Assembly (NCBI GenBank): GCA_964489445.1
Contig: CAZAYU010000004.1
Coordinates: 189-64,188, forward strand
DNA: 64,000 nucleotides
Direction of reading: 5' to 3'
From: an uncultured Planctomycetia bacterium
GTDB taxonomy: Bacteria; Omnitrophota; Gorgyraeia; Duberdicusellales; 4484-171
Below the pieces are notes generated by a model. The model had not been told where the DNA came from and made no database searches. It worked only from the letters and a program-made list of their open reading frames with translations. The translations under genes and the position numbers were made by a program. This document shows, in pieces, positions 20,698 to 31,790 of this stretch; position 1 is the stretch's first letter, and each line of letters begins with the position of its first letter.

Positions 20698-22446
20698 TTA
20701 TTTCTCCTTAACATAGATATATTCTATTTCCGAAAATGCACCACCATAAGGAGTAGGATATAAATTGCCAAATTTATTGCTGACCGCGTAAATAGAGTAA
20801 GGAATAACTGTATAAATAAGCGGAAGCTGCTCAGAAGCTATCTTCTGCCATTGAGAAAAAAGCTTTTTTCTTTCAGATTCATCAACTGTTCGAGCAGAAA
20901 GATTAAAAATATTTTCAATTTGTCGTTCATAATCAGCTTGTGGTTTTCCGGAAGTGTTCCAAAAGTGTAGATTTCCTTTATATGACCAAACATTTTTACC
21001 AAAATAAGGTTCAATTCCTCCGGTAAGCCCGATGAGAATTAGCTCCCAATCAAAAGTCGCTGTTAACTTATTAACCAAATTATTAAAATCCAACGGTAGA
21101 AAATGCACTTTTATTCCAATTGTTTCTAAGTCTTTCTTAATCAAAGCAGCAACTTGAATTCTTTGCATATCGCTGGCAACCGTAAAAAAAACAATTTCTA
21201 GCTTGTTTCCTGTCTTATCTTCTAAAAACCCATCCTTATCTTTATCAGAGAAATTCATGCTTGCTAAAATTTTTTTCGCTTTTTGCGGAGAATAAGGATA
21301 TTTCATTACATGTTCATCATAATATTGAACATTTGCTGTCGACAATGGTGAGTGCTGAACTACTCCTAAGCCACTCATGATAATATCAATAATTTTTTGC
21401 CGGTTAAGCGCAAAAGAAATTGCCTTTCGAAATCGCTTATCCTTAAACCAGTTCAATTTATACGGCTTAACAAAAGGTTTATTTGTCTTTCCATTTTTTC
21501 CCGGATTCTGGTTAAAAACCAGAAAATTTGACCCAAATGACGGACCAGCATTATAAATAGAAAAATCATTGCTTTCTTGTATTGGGCCCAAAATACTTAA
21601 ATCCTGCGGTCGTAAAGAATAGTAATCGATTTCCTTTTCCATAAACTTCAATAACGCCGTATCCTGGCTAGGTAAAATAATAAATATTATTTTTTCCAAA
21701 TACGGTAATTGTTGCCCACAAGAATCTTTTTTGTAATATAAATTATTTTTTTCTAAGATTACATTTTCACCGGGAAGATATTTTTTAAGCTTAAACGGCC
21801 CTGTACCTACAATATCTTTGGATTTCGTATCTAACCCTAAGGTAAAAGAAAATTTACCGGAAACCGCCGAAGAAGCATACTTGTGCTCAGGCAAAATATC
21901 TTGTGAAAGCGACCGCAGAAAGGGAGAAAAAGTAAAGGGAAGTAGAAAACGTACAGTACATTCATCAACTGCCTCAACCAATATTTTCTTTCCTTCTATA
22001 GTAAATATATCCCGAGAACCACTGGGAATGTCCGGATTGTAAACTAGATTATTGAACGTAAACTCTACATCTTTACTGGTAAACTTTACTCCGTCATTCC
22101 AATAAACATCATCGCGTAAATGAAAAATCCACTCTTTTCCGTCGGTAGTTTCCCAGTTAGAAGCTAACCCAGGTAATACTTCTAAAGTAACTGGGTCAGT
22201 ACGCGTTAGCCCTTCAAAGATATATCTGGTTACTTGGGTAGTAGAAGTTTCCTGGGCAACTATCGGATTAAATGATTTAGGTCCGGAAGTAACCGCAGTA
22301 ATTAATTCTCCTCCGGGAGAACCACATTCCAAGCTATATTCTTGATGAAGTTTTTGAAATAATTCTTGCGCATTTACCTTTACGGAAAAAGGAAGAAATA
22401 TCAAAATAGATAAAAAAAAAGATAAGAATGGTTTATTTTTGTTCAT
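20698..22446 (-). CDS. ABC transporter substrate-binding protein, family 5 (peptide/nickel)
   Basis: Signal peptide from MNKNKP (ATG 22446), PKSFNP, IFEGL, PGLA..W, VGTGPF. Confidence 0.9.
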   Translation of the reverse strand: MNKNKPFLSFFLSILIFLPFSVKVNAQELFQKLHQEYSLECGSPGGELITAVTSGPKSFNPIVAQETSTTQVTRYIFEGLTRTDPVTLEVLPGLASNWETTDGKEWIFHLRDDVYWNDGVKFTSKDVEFTFNNLVYNPDIPSGSRDIFTIEGKKILVEAVDECTVRFLLPFTFSPFLRSLSQDILPEHKYASSAVSGKFSFTLGLDTKSKDIVGTGPFKLKKYLPGENVILEKNNLYYKKDSCGQQLPYLEKIIFIILPSQDTALLKFMEKEIDYYSLRPQDLSILGPIQESNDFSIYNAGPSFGSNFLVFNQNPGKNGKTNKPFVKPYKLNWFKDKRFRKAISFALNRQKIIDIIMSGLGVVQHSPLSTANVQYYDEHVMKYPYSPQKAKKILASMNFSDKDKDGFLEDKTGNKLEIVFFTVASDMQRIQVAALIKKDLETIGIKVHFLPLDFNNLVNKLTATFDWELILIGLTGGIEPYFGKNVWSYKGNLHFWNTSGKPQADYERQIENIFNLSARTVDESERKKLFSQWQKIASEQLPLIYTVIPYSIYAVSNKFGNLYPTPYGGAFSEIEYIYVKEK

Positions 22447-22750
22447 CCTGAGAAGAAACAGGCGCCTGAGAAGAAGTCTGGACATCATCAGCGGAAATAT
22501 CAGTATATTTGTCCATTAATGATTTTCCTTTTTGCTTAGAAAGGTAGGCTAAGGAAATAGAGGTTACAAAGAAAAGTACTGCCAAAACTACAGTTACTTT
22601 TACAAAAAACGAACTAGTTTTAGTTCCAAATATTGACTCTACTCCTCCTAGTGCTTCCACCAATCCTCCACTTCTACCTCGTTGCACAAGAATCATAGCC
22701 ACCAACCCAAAAGCAACCCCTATATGAAACGCTAAAACTAAATTGTACAT
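22433..22750 (-). CDS. secG: Preprotein translocase subunit SecG
   Basis: Two TM helices around ILVQRGRSGGL..ALGG; canonical position after tpiA. Confidence 0.92.
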   Translation of the reverse strand: MYNLVLAFHIGVAFGLVAMILVQRGRSGGLVEALGGVESIFGTKTSSFFVKVTVVLAVLFFVTSISLAYLSKQKGKSLMDKYTDISADDVQTSSQAPVSSQDEQK

Positions 22751-22793
22751 GTTAACCTGACTTTTTTAATATTTCTTAATAACTTTTATTTAT

Positions 22794-23549
22794 TTACCGA
22801 GACTCTTTTACAATTTGAGCGAATGAATCAATTTCTAATGCAGCTCCCCCGACTAAGGCGCCATCAATATCTGTCTTTTGCATTAATTCTTTAGTATTTG
22901 CCGGCTTTACACTTCCGCCATAAATAATTCTCAAGCCCTCGCTAACCGCCTCTGAATAATTACTTTTAATCCAATTACGAATAAATTGATGCACTTCCTG
23001 CGCCTGCTCAGGAGTAGCAGTTTTGCCAGTTCCAATAGCCCATACCGGTTCATAAGCAATAATTATTTTCGAAACACTTTCTTGGTCAAGTCCAGATAAT
23101 CCGCCTTCAAGCTGCCCTTTAATAATATTAATAGTTTCATTGTTTTCCCGTTCTTCTAGCGTCTCACCCAAACAAAAAATCGGCGTTAGTTCTTCAGCCT
23201 CAACAGTTTTTATTTTTTTATTTACAATGTCCTCATTCTCAGAAAAATACTTTCTCCGTTCTGAATGACCAACAATAACATAACGACATCCAGCATCTTT
23301 TAACATCCTAACAGATATCTCTCCAGTAAACGCACCCTCTTTCTGCCAAGAAACATCCTGGGCACCCAACTCAACGTTGGAATCTACCAAAACATCAGAT
23401 ATATCAGAAAGCAATGTGTATGGTGGGCAAACAACAATATCTACACCGCTTAAATCGGCTAACTCTCTCTTTAATCCATTAACCAATTCAACACCTTCTT
23501 TGCTTATTTTCTTCATTTTCCAATTGCCAGCAATAAATGGTTTGCGCAT
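22794..23549 (-). CDS. tpiA: Triosephosphate isomerase
   Basis: AGNWKM, GHSERR, AYEPVWAIGTG, YGGSV. Confidence 0.98.
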   Translation of the reverse strand: MRKPFIAGNWKMKKISKEGVELVNGLKRELADLSGVDIVVCPPYTLLSDISDVLVDSNVELGAQDVSWQKEGAFTGEISVRMLKDAGCRYVIVGHSERRKYFSENEDIVNKKIKTVEAEELTPIFCLGETLEERENNETINIIKGQLEGGLSGLDQESVSKIIIAYEPVWAIGTGKTATPEQAQEVHQFIRNWIKSNYSEAVSEGLRIIYGGSVKPANTKELMQKTDIDGALVGGAALEIDSFAQIVKESR

Positions 23550-23560
23550 TTTTATCTCCT

Positions 23561-24748
23561 TTATTGTTTGTCTGCTAAGGCGGCAATTCCCGGTAAAATT
23601 TTACCCTCTAAATACTCTAAAGATGCACCGCCACCGGTAGAAATATGCGACATTTTCTCGCCCAACGAAAACTTTGCTACCGCACAAGCTGTATCCCCGC
23701 CGCCGATTACTGACACCCCTTCAGACTCGGCAACGCTACGCGCTATACTTTTTGTTCCTTGAGCAAATTTATCATTTTCAAATATTCCTAAAGGCCCGTT
23801 CCAAACTATTGTTTTAGCTTCCTTGATTATTCCTGAAAAAAGCTCTATTGTTTTCGGCCCAATATCTACCCCTATCCACATACTAGGTATTGACTCCGAA
23901 TCAGTAGTTTTTACATTCTCCGCTGTTTCGATATTATCAGTAATCACATTGTCAATCGGAAGTAAAATATCTACTTTTTCCTCTTTTGCTTTTAATAAAA
24001 TTCTATTAACAATCTCTAAACTTTCCTGTTCCAAGCGAGAAGAACCAATGTCTATTCCTTTTGCTTTCATAAAGGTATAAGCCATGGCTCCTCCGATCAA
24101 CAGGCAATCAGCTTTTTTTAGCATATTTTCGATAACCGGAATCTTGTCAACGACTTTAGCTCCCCCGAGAATAAATACAAAAGGTTTTTGGCTCTGGGTA
24201 AGAACCCTTTGAAAGTACTCTATTTCTTTTTGGACTAGAAAACCAGACACCGCTTCTAGATGATGCGTAACACCTTCTGTGGAAGCATGTGCTCGATGAC
24301 AAGTTCCAAACGCATCATTAACAAATATATCCCCTAACTCTGCTAGCTGCCTGGCAAATTCAGAATCATTCTTAGTTTCTGCTTTGTGGAATCGTAAATT
24401 TTCCAGCAACACTACATCACCTTCAGACATAGATAATACTTGCCGCTTGACTTCTTCGCCAATGCAATCATCAAGAATCTTAACTGGCTTTTTTAATAAT
24501 TGCTCAAGACGCAGAGCAACTGGTTTTAAACTGAGCTCTGCTTTTTTTTCACCCTTTGGACGTCCTAAATGGCTCATTAGAATTAGCTTACCACCATTTT
24601 CAATAATATACTTTATAGTGGAAAGCGCAGCAGTAATCCGATTGTCATCAGTAATATTTAAGTCTTTATCCAAAGGCACATTAAAGTCTGCACGCATTAG
24701 CACTCGCTTTCCTTTAACATCAACATCAGATATAGACTTCTTATTCAT
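23561..24748 (-). CDS. pgk: Phosphoglycerate kinase
   Basis: RADFNVP, SHLGRP, LLENLRF, STGGGASLE. Confidence 0.98.
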   Translation of the reverse strand: MNKKSISDVDVKGKRVLMRADFNVPLDKDLNITDDNRITAALSTIKYIIENGGKLILMSHLGRPKGEKKAELSLKPVALRLEQLLKKPVKILDDCIGEEVKRQVLSMSEGDVVLLENLRFHKAETKNDSEFARQLAELGDIFVNDAFGTCHRAHASTEGVTHHLEAVSGFLVQKEIEYFQRVLTQSQKPFVFILGGAKVVDKIPVIENMLKKADCLLIGGAMAYTFMKAKGIDIGSSRLEQESLEIVNRILLKAKEEKVDILLPIDNVITDNIETAENVKTTDSESIPSMWIGVDIGPKTIELFSGIIKEAKTIVWNGPLGIFENDKFAQGTKSIARSVAESEGVSVIGGGDTACAVAKFSLGEKMSHISTGGGASLEYLEGKILPGIAALADKQ

Positions 24749-24777
24749 TGCTTAATCCTAAAAATTGACTTAACCGA

Positions 24778-25794
<1,017 letters not shown>

Positions 25795-25837
25795 TTACCT
25801 TCAAGCTAAATATTTTTACCTTACATTTGTGATGCTT

Positions 25838-25865
25838 ATTATAGCAATCGATAAATAAAATGCAA
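25838..25865 (-). promoter_or_regulatory. sigma70-type promoter of gap-pgk-tpiA-secG
   Basis: TTGCAT-16 nt-TATAAT with extended TGn. Confidence 0.55.
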
Positions 25866-25986
25866 GATATTTAACAACCGCCTTATTTCTTAACTCATTT
25901 GAATATATTGCTTACCTTATGCTTATTAAGCACTCTTTTTGCTTGCTTTTTTGTTGATTGTCCACCACAGAAATAAATTAGAAATG

Positions 25987-26478
25987 TTAATCTTGACGAG
26001 TATAATTATTGTTTTTTCTATTGTAAGTAAACTTTGCCTCCCCTAAATTATTCTGAAACAGAGGAGAAACAGAAATAACTAATGATCCTCTTCCATAAGA
26101 ACATTCAAACTTAATAATACATATTTCCTGATCATTATTAAAACTTAATAATGTTTCTTCACCTTCGATAATATTAAGTATCCGCCAATTATTACTTGTC
26201 ATATATTCTTTATAAAACCGGACAATACTATCTGGCCAAGCTGCACCTTGATATTTCATCTTCCCCACTCTTATCTCCGACGATTCATATATAAAAGAAC
26301 TGTTCGGAATAAATTTAAACCCTTTAGGTACTGGTAAATCTGGAAAACGAAAAGCACTGGCTACCTGTAGGCTTTGCTCGCTTGTGTAATAGTGTCCAGA
26401 AGCACACCCACTAGTAAAAAATAAACCCAACAATATCAAGAGAAACATTAAGATTCTGTTCATTGCATTTATCTCCAT
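25987..26478 (-). CDS. Hypothetical lipoprotein
   Basis: Hydrophobic signal ending in lipobox FTSG-C; FPDLPVP motif; start may be ATG 26463. Confidence 0.75.
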   Translation of the reverse strand: MEINAMNRILMFLLILLGLFFTSGCASGHYYTSEQSLQVASAFRFPDLPVPKGFKFIPNSSFIYESSEIRVGKMKYQGAAWPDSIVRFYKEYMTSNNWRILNIIEGEETLLSFNNDQEICIIKFECSYGRGSLVISVSPLFQNNLGEAKFTYNRKNNNYTRQD

Positions 26479-26510
26479 AATTTTGATTGTACTTATTAAT
26501 AAACCAAAAT

Positions 26511-26548
26511 AAAAAAAACGCCTTTCTCACAAAAGAAAAGACGCCTTT
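26511..26548 (-). terminator. Terminator-like hairpin in front of lipoprotein gene
   Basis: Minus strand GGCGTCTTTTCT-loop-AGAAAGGCG followed by T8. Confidence 0.55.
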
Positions 26549-26569
26549 ATCTTGTCTTTAAATATATTT

Positions 26570-26600
26570 AAAAAAACATGCTCTCTACGCAGAGAACATG
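26570..26600 (-). terminator. Rho-independent terminator downstream of tyrS
   Basis: Minus strand CATGTTCTCT-GCGT-AGAGAGCATG followed by T7. Confidence 0.75.
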
Positions 26601-26676
26601 TAAGTATACAAACTTTTACTCAATTGTCAATATTTTTGTGTAGCACATAAGAGAGCAATTCGCACCAATTGCTCTC

Positions 26677-27873
26677 TTACTTGATTATTTTCAAAAATCG
26701 TTTTTTGCCAATCTTGAGAATTACTCCTTCCGGTGGAATAATTAAAGCAGAATCTTTAATGGTATTAATTGATAGATGATTACTTGGGCTGACAGAAGAA
26801 ATCCCACCTTGGGATAAAAGACGCCTAATCTCGTTTTTGGAGGTAAATATTTTTGCTTTATATAACACCGTAATTAAATCCACTCTATCGCTTTCAACTT
26901 TCTGCGTGGGGATTTCTTCGGGTATTTGTTTTTTAGAAAATACTCTTTCAAATTCACTTTCTTCCTTTTTAGCCAATTTCAATGAATGGTATCCGGCAGT
27001 TATTTGTGTAGCTAAAATTGATTTAGCAGTTTTCGGATGTTCTTTTTTAAGGCTCTCAAAATCACAATCAGTAAGAAGCCGGAAATACTCCCACATTAAA
27101 TCATCGGGAATGCTCATTAATTTTCCAAACATCTGCTTTGGGCTTTCGGTTATGCCGATATAATTATTAAGCGACTTTGACATTTTATTTTTTCCGTCTA
27201 AACCAGCTATAATCGGCATAGTGATAACTACTTGTGATTTTTGGCCAAAAGTTTGTTGAAGATGCCGCCCGACAATTAAATTAAATTTTTGGTCAGTTCC
27301 TCCAAATTCAACATCCGCCTCTAACTTATAAGAATCATATCCTTGTATTAAAGGGTAAATCACCTCTAAAAGAGTTAGGGGGCGATTATTTTTTATCCTC
27401 TGGGAAAAATCATCTCTTTCCAATATCCGCGCTATAGTGTAAGAAGAAAGTATTGACAAAAATCCGGTTAGATCCATCTTTTTATACCAAATGCTATTAT
27501 AAATAACTGTTGTTTTGCGCTTATCTAAGATTTTAAACGCCTGCTTGGTATACGTGGAAGCATTAGTTTTAATTTGTTTATCGGTTAATATCGGACGAGT
27601 AGCGATTCTGCCTGAAGGATCTCCGATCTTAGCTGTAAAGTCTCCCACAATAAAATAGACTTCATGCCCGAAGTCCTGTAAAATACGCAATTTTTTTAAA
27701 AGTACAGTATGCCCTAGATGAATATCACAAGAGGTAGGATCAAAGCCAATTTTTATCTTAAGCGGTTTATTATTGCTAACTGACTCTTTCAGCTTAACAG
27801 TTAATTCTTGTTCGCTAATTAAATCAATCGTGTTTCTTTTGAATTCCGCAACCTGTTGGGATAACTCCTTCAT
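26677..27873 (-). CDS. tyrS: Tyrosyl-tRNA synthetase
   Basis: GFDPT..DIHLGH, YPLIQGYD, GGTDQ, KMSKS, C-terminal S4-like domain. Confidence 0.97.
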   Translation of the reverse strand: MKELSQQVAEFKRNTIDLISEQELTVKLKESVSNNKPLKIKIGFDPTSCDIHLGHTVLLKKLRILQDFGHEVYFIVGDFTAKIGDPSGRIATRPILTDKQIKTNASTYTKQAFKILDKRKTTVIYNSIWYKKMDLTGFLSILSSYTIARILERDDFSQRIKNNRPLTLLEVIYPLIQGYDSYKLEADVEFGGTDQKFNLIVGRHLQQTFGQKSQVVITMPIIAGLDGKNKMSKSLNNYIGITESPKQMFGKLMSIPDDLMWEYFRLLTDCDFESLKKEHPKTAKSILATQITAGYHSLKLAKKEESEFERVFSKKQIPEEIPTQKVESDRVDLITVLYKAKIFTSKNEIRRLLSQGGISSVSPSNHLSINTIKDSALIIPPEGVILKIGKKRFLKIIK

Positions 27874-27992
27874 AGATTCAAAGCCTCCCTGTTAAAATAA
27901 CTAACACTATCTCTACTGTAACTATAGCACTAAATCGTACTTCTTAAAGAAGTAATGCGAAAGAAACCGCGGGTTTTAAACTCCGAAAAGTT

Positions 27993-29546
27993 TTATTGCA
28001 GATCTTCTGGCTTAGCTGAAAGCCCTATTTTTGCTGAACCAGGATCAACCTTTATAATCTTTACCTTCAAAACATCCCCAGGCTTGATTGTCTTCAATTG
28101 TTCTTCGTCAATTTCACCGGAGAATACTAAGCCTTCTAAATCTTCGCCTATCTCTACAAAAACGCCAAAATTAGTAATTTTAACAATTTTTCCTTCGGTC
28201 ACATGGCCAATAGGAAATTTTTCCATTATCTCCGGCCACGGATCTTTCTCTGCTTGCTTTAAGCCTAAAATAATTTTACGATTACTTCGGTCTACACCTA
28301 AAATTTTCCAAGTATAGTTATGTCCTCTTTTTAAAATTTCTCCAGCCCGAGCAATTCTTTTAGTCCAAGAAATATCCTCATTATAGACTATACCTTCTAG
28401 GCCATTTTCTAATTCTACGTAGCCGCATCCATCTCCATAGCTACACACTCTTCCCTGGGTCTCGCCATCAATAGTTACTAAATTAGCTACATCTTCCCAA
28501 GGATCTTTTTCTAACCGCTTTACACTTAAGGATATTTTCCGCTCGCCTACATCTACACTCATAACTTTTACTTCTAAAGCATCTCCAATCGCAAAAGATT
28601 CCTGCAAGCTAACAAAACGTTTAGTCCAGGAAATTTCACTAATATGCACTAGCCCTTCAATCCCATTCTCTAGTTCTACAAATATTCCATAATTTTGAAT
28701 ATTAGTAATTTTCCCCTTAACTAAAGAATCTTGAGGAAACTTCTTGCCAATTTCATTCCACGGGTCAGCAGTAGTTTGCTTTAAACCTAGAGAAATTTTT
28801 CCTTTTTCTTTATCAAACCCTAGAATTACCACTTTAATATCACCATTCACTGCAACTATTTCTGAAGGATGAGTAATTTTCTTCCAACTCATGTCGGCAA
28901 TATGAAGCAATCCGTCTACTCCTCCTAAATCAATGAAAGCACCGAAATTAGTAATACTTTTTACCCGGCCTTTCATTATTTCACCGGCTTTGATAGTTTC
29001 CCAAATCTGCTTCCGAGAGGTTTCTCTTTCCATCCGAACAGCATCTTTACGAGAAATAATAAAACTGCCCTTGGCTTTATTCATTTTAATAATTTGAAAT
29101 TTAAATATCTGCCCAATTACATCTTCTTCTTCCAAATTTCTAAAAGAAGAAAGACTCTGAGGCAAAAAACCTTCTACACCAAAAACACTCACAATATAGC
29201 CACCTTTAACCTTGCGTTTCACATTACCTTCGGCTAAATCACCTTCTTTATAGCTACTGGATAAAGTTAGCCAGCCTCTTGCCTCCTGAGCTTTACGAAA
29301 CGAAAGAATGATTCTCCCATCTTCATCTTCAACATTATCTATGTAAACATCGATTTCTGCTAGACTCTCGATATCCACACCTTTAAATTCTTCCCGCAAG
29401 ATTATTCCCTCTGATTTATATCCGACATCGATAATAACTTCAGTAGGGCTGACTCTGACTATTTTACCCTTTACAACTTCCCCTTCTTTCAATTCCTTAA
29501 TTGAATCATAATAGGCCTTTGCCAATTCTGTAGACGCTTGTTCCAT
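27993..29546 (-). CDS. rpsA: 30S ribosomal protein S1
   Basis: Multiple S1 repeats (FGAFIDLGGVDGLLHI, YGIFVELENGIEGLVHISE). Confidence 0.96.
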   Translation of the reverse strand: MEQASTELAKAYYDSIKELKEGEVVKGKIVRVSPTEVIIDVGYKSEGIILREEFKGVDIESLAEIDVYIDNVEDEDGRIILSFRKAQEARGWLTLSSSYKEGDLAEGNVKRKVKGGYIVSVFGVEGFLPQSLSSFRNLEEEDVIGQIFKFQIIKMNKAKGSFIISRKDAVRMERETSRKQIWETIKAGEIMKGRVKSITNFGAFIDLGGVDGLLHIADMSWKKITHPSEIVAVNGDIKVVILGFDKEKGKISLGLKQTTADPWNEIGKKFPQDSLVKGKITNIQNYGIFVELENGIEGLVHISEISWTKRFVSLQESFAIGDALEVKVMSVDVGERKISLSVKRLEKDPWEDVANLVTIDGETQGRVCSYGDGCGYVELENGLEGIVYNEDISWTKRIARAGEILKRGHNYTWKILGVDRSNRKIILGLKQAEKDPWPEIMEKFPIGHVTEGKIVKITNFGVFVEIGEDLEGLVFSGEIDEEQLKTIKPGDVLKVKIIKVDPGSAKIGLSAKPEDLQ

Positions 29547-29590
29547 TTTATCTAGTTCCTCCTTTATATTTTACCTTCATAGGTTGCGCA

Positions 29591-29619
29591 ATTATCCCTT
29601 ACATCAGTACCTTTGTCAA
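29591..29619 (-). promoter_or_regulatory. sigma70-type promoter of rpsA
   Basis: TTGACA-17 nt-GATAAT. Confidence 0.65.
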
Positions 29620-29763
29620 TGAAAACCTTTCAAATAAATTATCGCAATATAGCTACACAATTTAGAGATTAAAATAAAAAAGTTTCCTGCAAAAATACTT
29701 TTTCCTTTATAGATTTACTTTAAAAAATAACTCCACAACACGACAAAGCAAAATGTAATTATC

Positions 29764-31152
29764 TTATAAAGCATGAATCATTTTTTCGCCTAAAGCAACA
29801 AGCTTCTCACCTTCTTTTTTGCTTTTACTTTCTGCATAAACTCTAACAATTGGTTCTGTCCCAGATTTTCTAAGCATCAGCCAACTGTCTTCAGTGATCA
29901 ATTTAACTCCGTCAAGAGTATTGACTCTTTTGATTTTCTTCCCACAGAGGGCTTTTGGTATCTTAATGTCGGCAAGGCTTTTCTTCAAACTTTTTACCGG
30001 CATTGAAGTACGAGTATAGTGATATTTTCCGTATTGTTTATAGAATTCATCTAGCAGAGTGTTGAAACTCTTCCCCTCCGAGGCCATCATTTCTAGCATT
30101 AAAAGAAAAGAAACAGATCCGTCCCTTTCCGGTATATATCCTTGAAATCCGATACCTCCGGCTTCCTCGCCTCCAATACAAATAAGATTATCTGCAAATA
30201 AGCTAGATAGATATTTAAACCCGATTGGGGTTTCATAACACGCCACACCTAAAGAAAGAGCCACATTATCAATTACATTACTTCCAACAACAGTTTTTCC
30301 AATGCCCCCTTTCTCCTTACGGTTTTTAATCATGTGTGTCGCCAAAAGCGGCAAAATAATCTGCGCATTTATATAATTTCCTTTACCGTCAATCATCGCA
30401 ATTCTGTCAGCATCTCCGTCTAATACCAGCCCTAGATCGTATCCTCCCTTTTTCATTCTGCTGATTATTTCCTTTAAATTGCTCTCTACCGGCTCAGGAT
30501 GGATACCACCAAAAGAAGGATTAAACTGGTCATGCAAATATTCTATTTTTACTTTTGATTTACCCAATATCTTCTCAGCAAAATTACCTCCGGACCCATA
30601 CATCAGGTCCACCAAAACTTTCAGTTTTAGCTTTCCTATCTTTCTTAAGTCTATAAAGTCCTTTAAAAAATCAATTTGGATGCCGGTTAAATCATCCACT
30701 TTTAATAAATTTTTATTTTTTGCCGTTACAAAGTCTATTTTTTTAACTTTGCTTTTACCAAGATAACTTTCTACCTCATTAGTAAGCGATTTATCAGCTG
30801 AACCACCCTGAGGAGTTTTAATTTTTAAACCGTTAAACACTGCCGGATTATGCGACGCAGTAATCATCACTCCCAGCTCATATCTTCGATAATGACAATG
30901 ATAACTAATAGTAGGAGTAGGCACTGCTTTATCTGATAAAGTAACTTTAATATTATTAGCAGTAAGCACTAAAGATACCTCTTTAGCGAATTCTTTAGAT
31001 AAAAAACGACAATCATAGCCAACCACTACTTTATTTTTCTTTTTTCTTTTTTTCAGATAGTCAGCTATTGATTGAGCAACAATAGCCACATTCTCAAAAG
31101 TAAAGTCACGAGCAATAACTGCTCTCCATCCGTCAGTGCCAAACTTGATCAT
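29764..31152 (-). CDS. Phosphoglucomutase/phosphomannomutase family
   Basis: FGTDGWR, TASHNP, DGDADR, GGEEAGG, SGTEP. Confidence 0.93.
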   Translation of the reverse strand: MIKFGTDGWRAVIARDFTFENVAIVAQSIADYLKKRKKKNKVVVGYDCRFLSKEFAKEVSLVLTANNIKVTLSDKAVPTPTISYHCHYRRYELGVMITASHNPAVFNGLKIKTPQGGSADKSLTNEVESYLGKSKVKKIDFVTAKNKNLLKVDDLTGIQIDFLKDFIDLRKIGKLKLKVLVDLMYGSGGNFAEKILGKSKVKIEYLHDQFNPSFGGIHPEPVESNLKEIISRMKKGGYDLGLVLDGDADRIAMIDGKGNYINAQIILPLLATHMIKNRKEKGGIGKTVVGSNVIDNVALSLGVACYETPIGFKYLSSLFADNLICIGGEEAGGIGFQGYIPERDGSVSFLLMLEMMASEGKSFNTLLDEFYKQYGKYHYTRTSMPVKSLKKSLADIKIPKALCGKKIKRVNTLDGVKLITEDSWLMLRKSGTEPIVRVYAESKSKKEGEKLVALGEKMIHAL

Positions 31153-31196
31153 TTAATCCCCCTTCTTTTGAATAATAAGCTTAATTTATAGCGACT

Positions 31197-31760
31197 TCAA
31201 TCTAAATAAATTTTATGCTTACTTATATAATCAATGATGTTATCGTTCAAAAAATACCTTACCGAGCGCCCTTCTTTAATTGTCTGCCTAATTCGTGAAG
31301 AAGAAATATTAATTTGCGTTATTTTTGCTTTTAGCCAATCCTTCTCTGTTTCTGAAGCATAATTTTCTCTTTGAGCAACAATTATTTTAGTTATTTTTTT
31401 TAATTCGTCAAACTCTTTCCAAGTAGAAAATGACCCAGACAAATCCGAGCCAACAATAAGATATAGCTCATCATGAGGATAATCTTTCTTAAGCTGATTA
31501 ACTGTATTAATGGTGTAAGAAATCCCACCTCTTTTAATTTCGAGATCTAGGGCTTCAAATTTATCGTTCCCAGCGATGGCTAAATTAACCATATTAAACC
31601 GATGCTTAGCTTCAGTGATACCGTTTGTTTTATGAGGAGATATGTTGGTAGGAATAAAAAATATTTTATCCAGACCGAAAGACCCTAAAGCTTCTTCTCC
31701 TAAAATGAGATGACCGATATGCGGCGGATTAAATGCTCCTCCGAGCAGCCCTAATTTCAT
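31197..31760 (-). CDS. nadD: Nicotinate-nucleotide adenylyltransferase
   Basis: GGAFNPPHIGH, SYT, ISSSRIR. Confidence 0.95.
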   Translation of the reverse strand: MKLGLLGGAFNPPHIGHLILGEEALGSFGLDKIFFIPTNISPHKTNGITEAKHRFNMVNLAIAGNDKFEALDLEIKRGGISYTINTVNQLKKDYPHDELYLIVGSDLSGSFSTWKEFDELKKITKIIVAQRENYASETEKDWLKAKITQINISSSRIRQTIKEGRSVRYFLNDNIIDYISKHKIYLD

Positions 31761-31790
31761 TTATTACTTTTCTTACTTAGTTGCAATTGA

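Noticed and set aside
27874-27992. T-box leader upstream of tyrS
   Set aside because: Gap too short and no T-box consensus.
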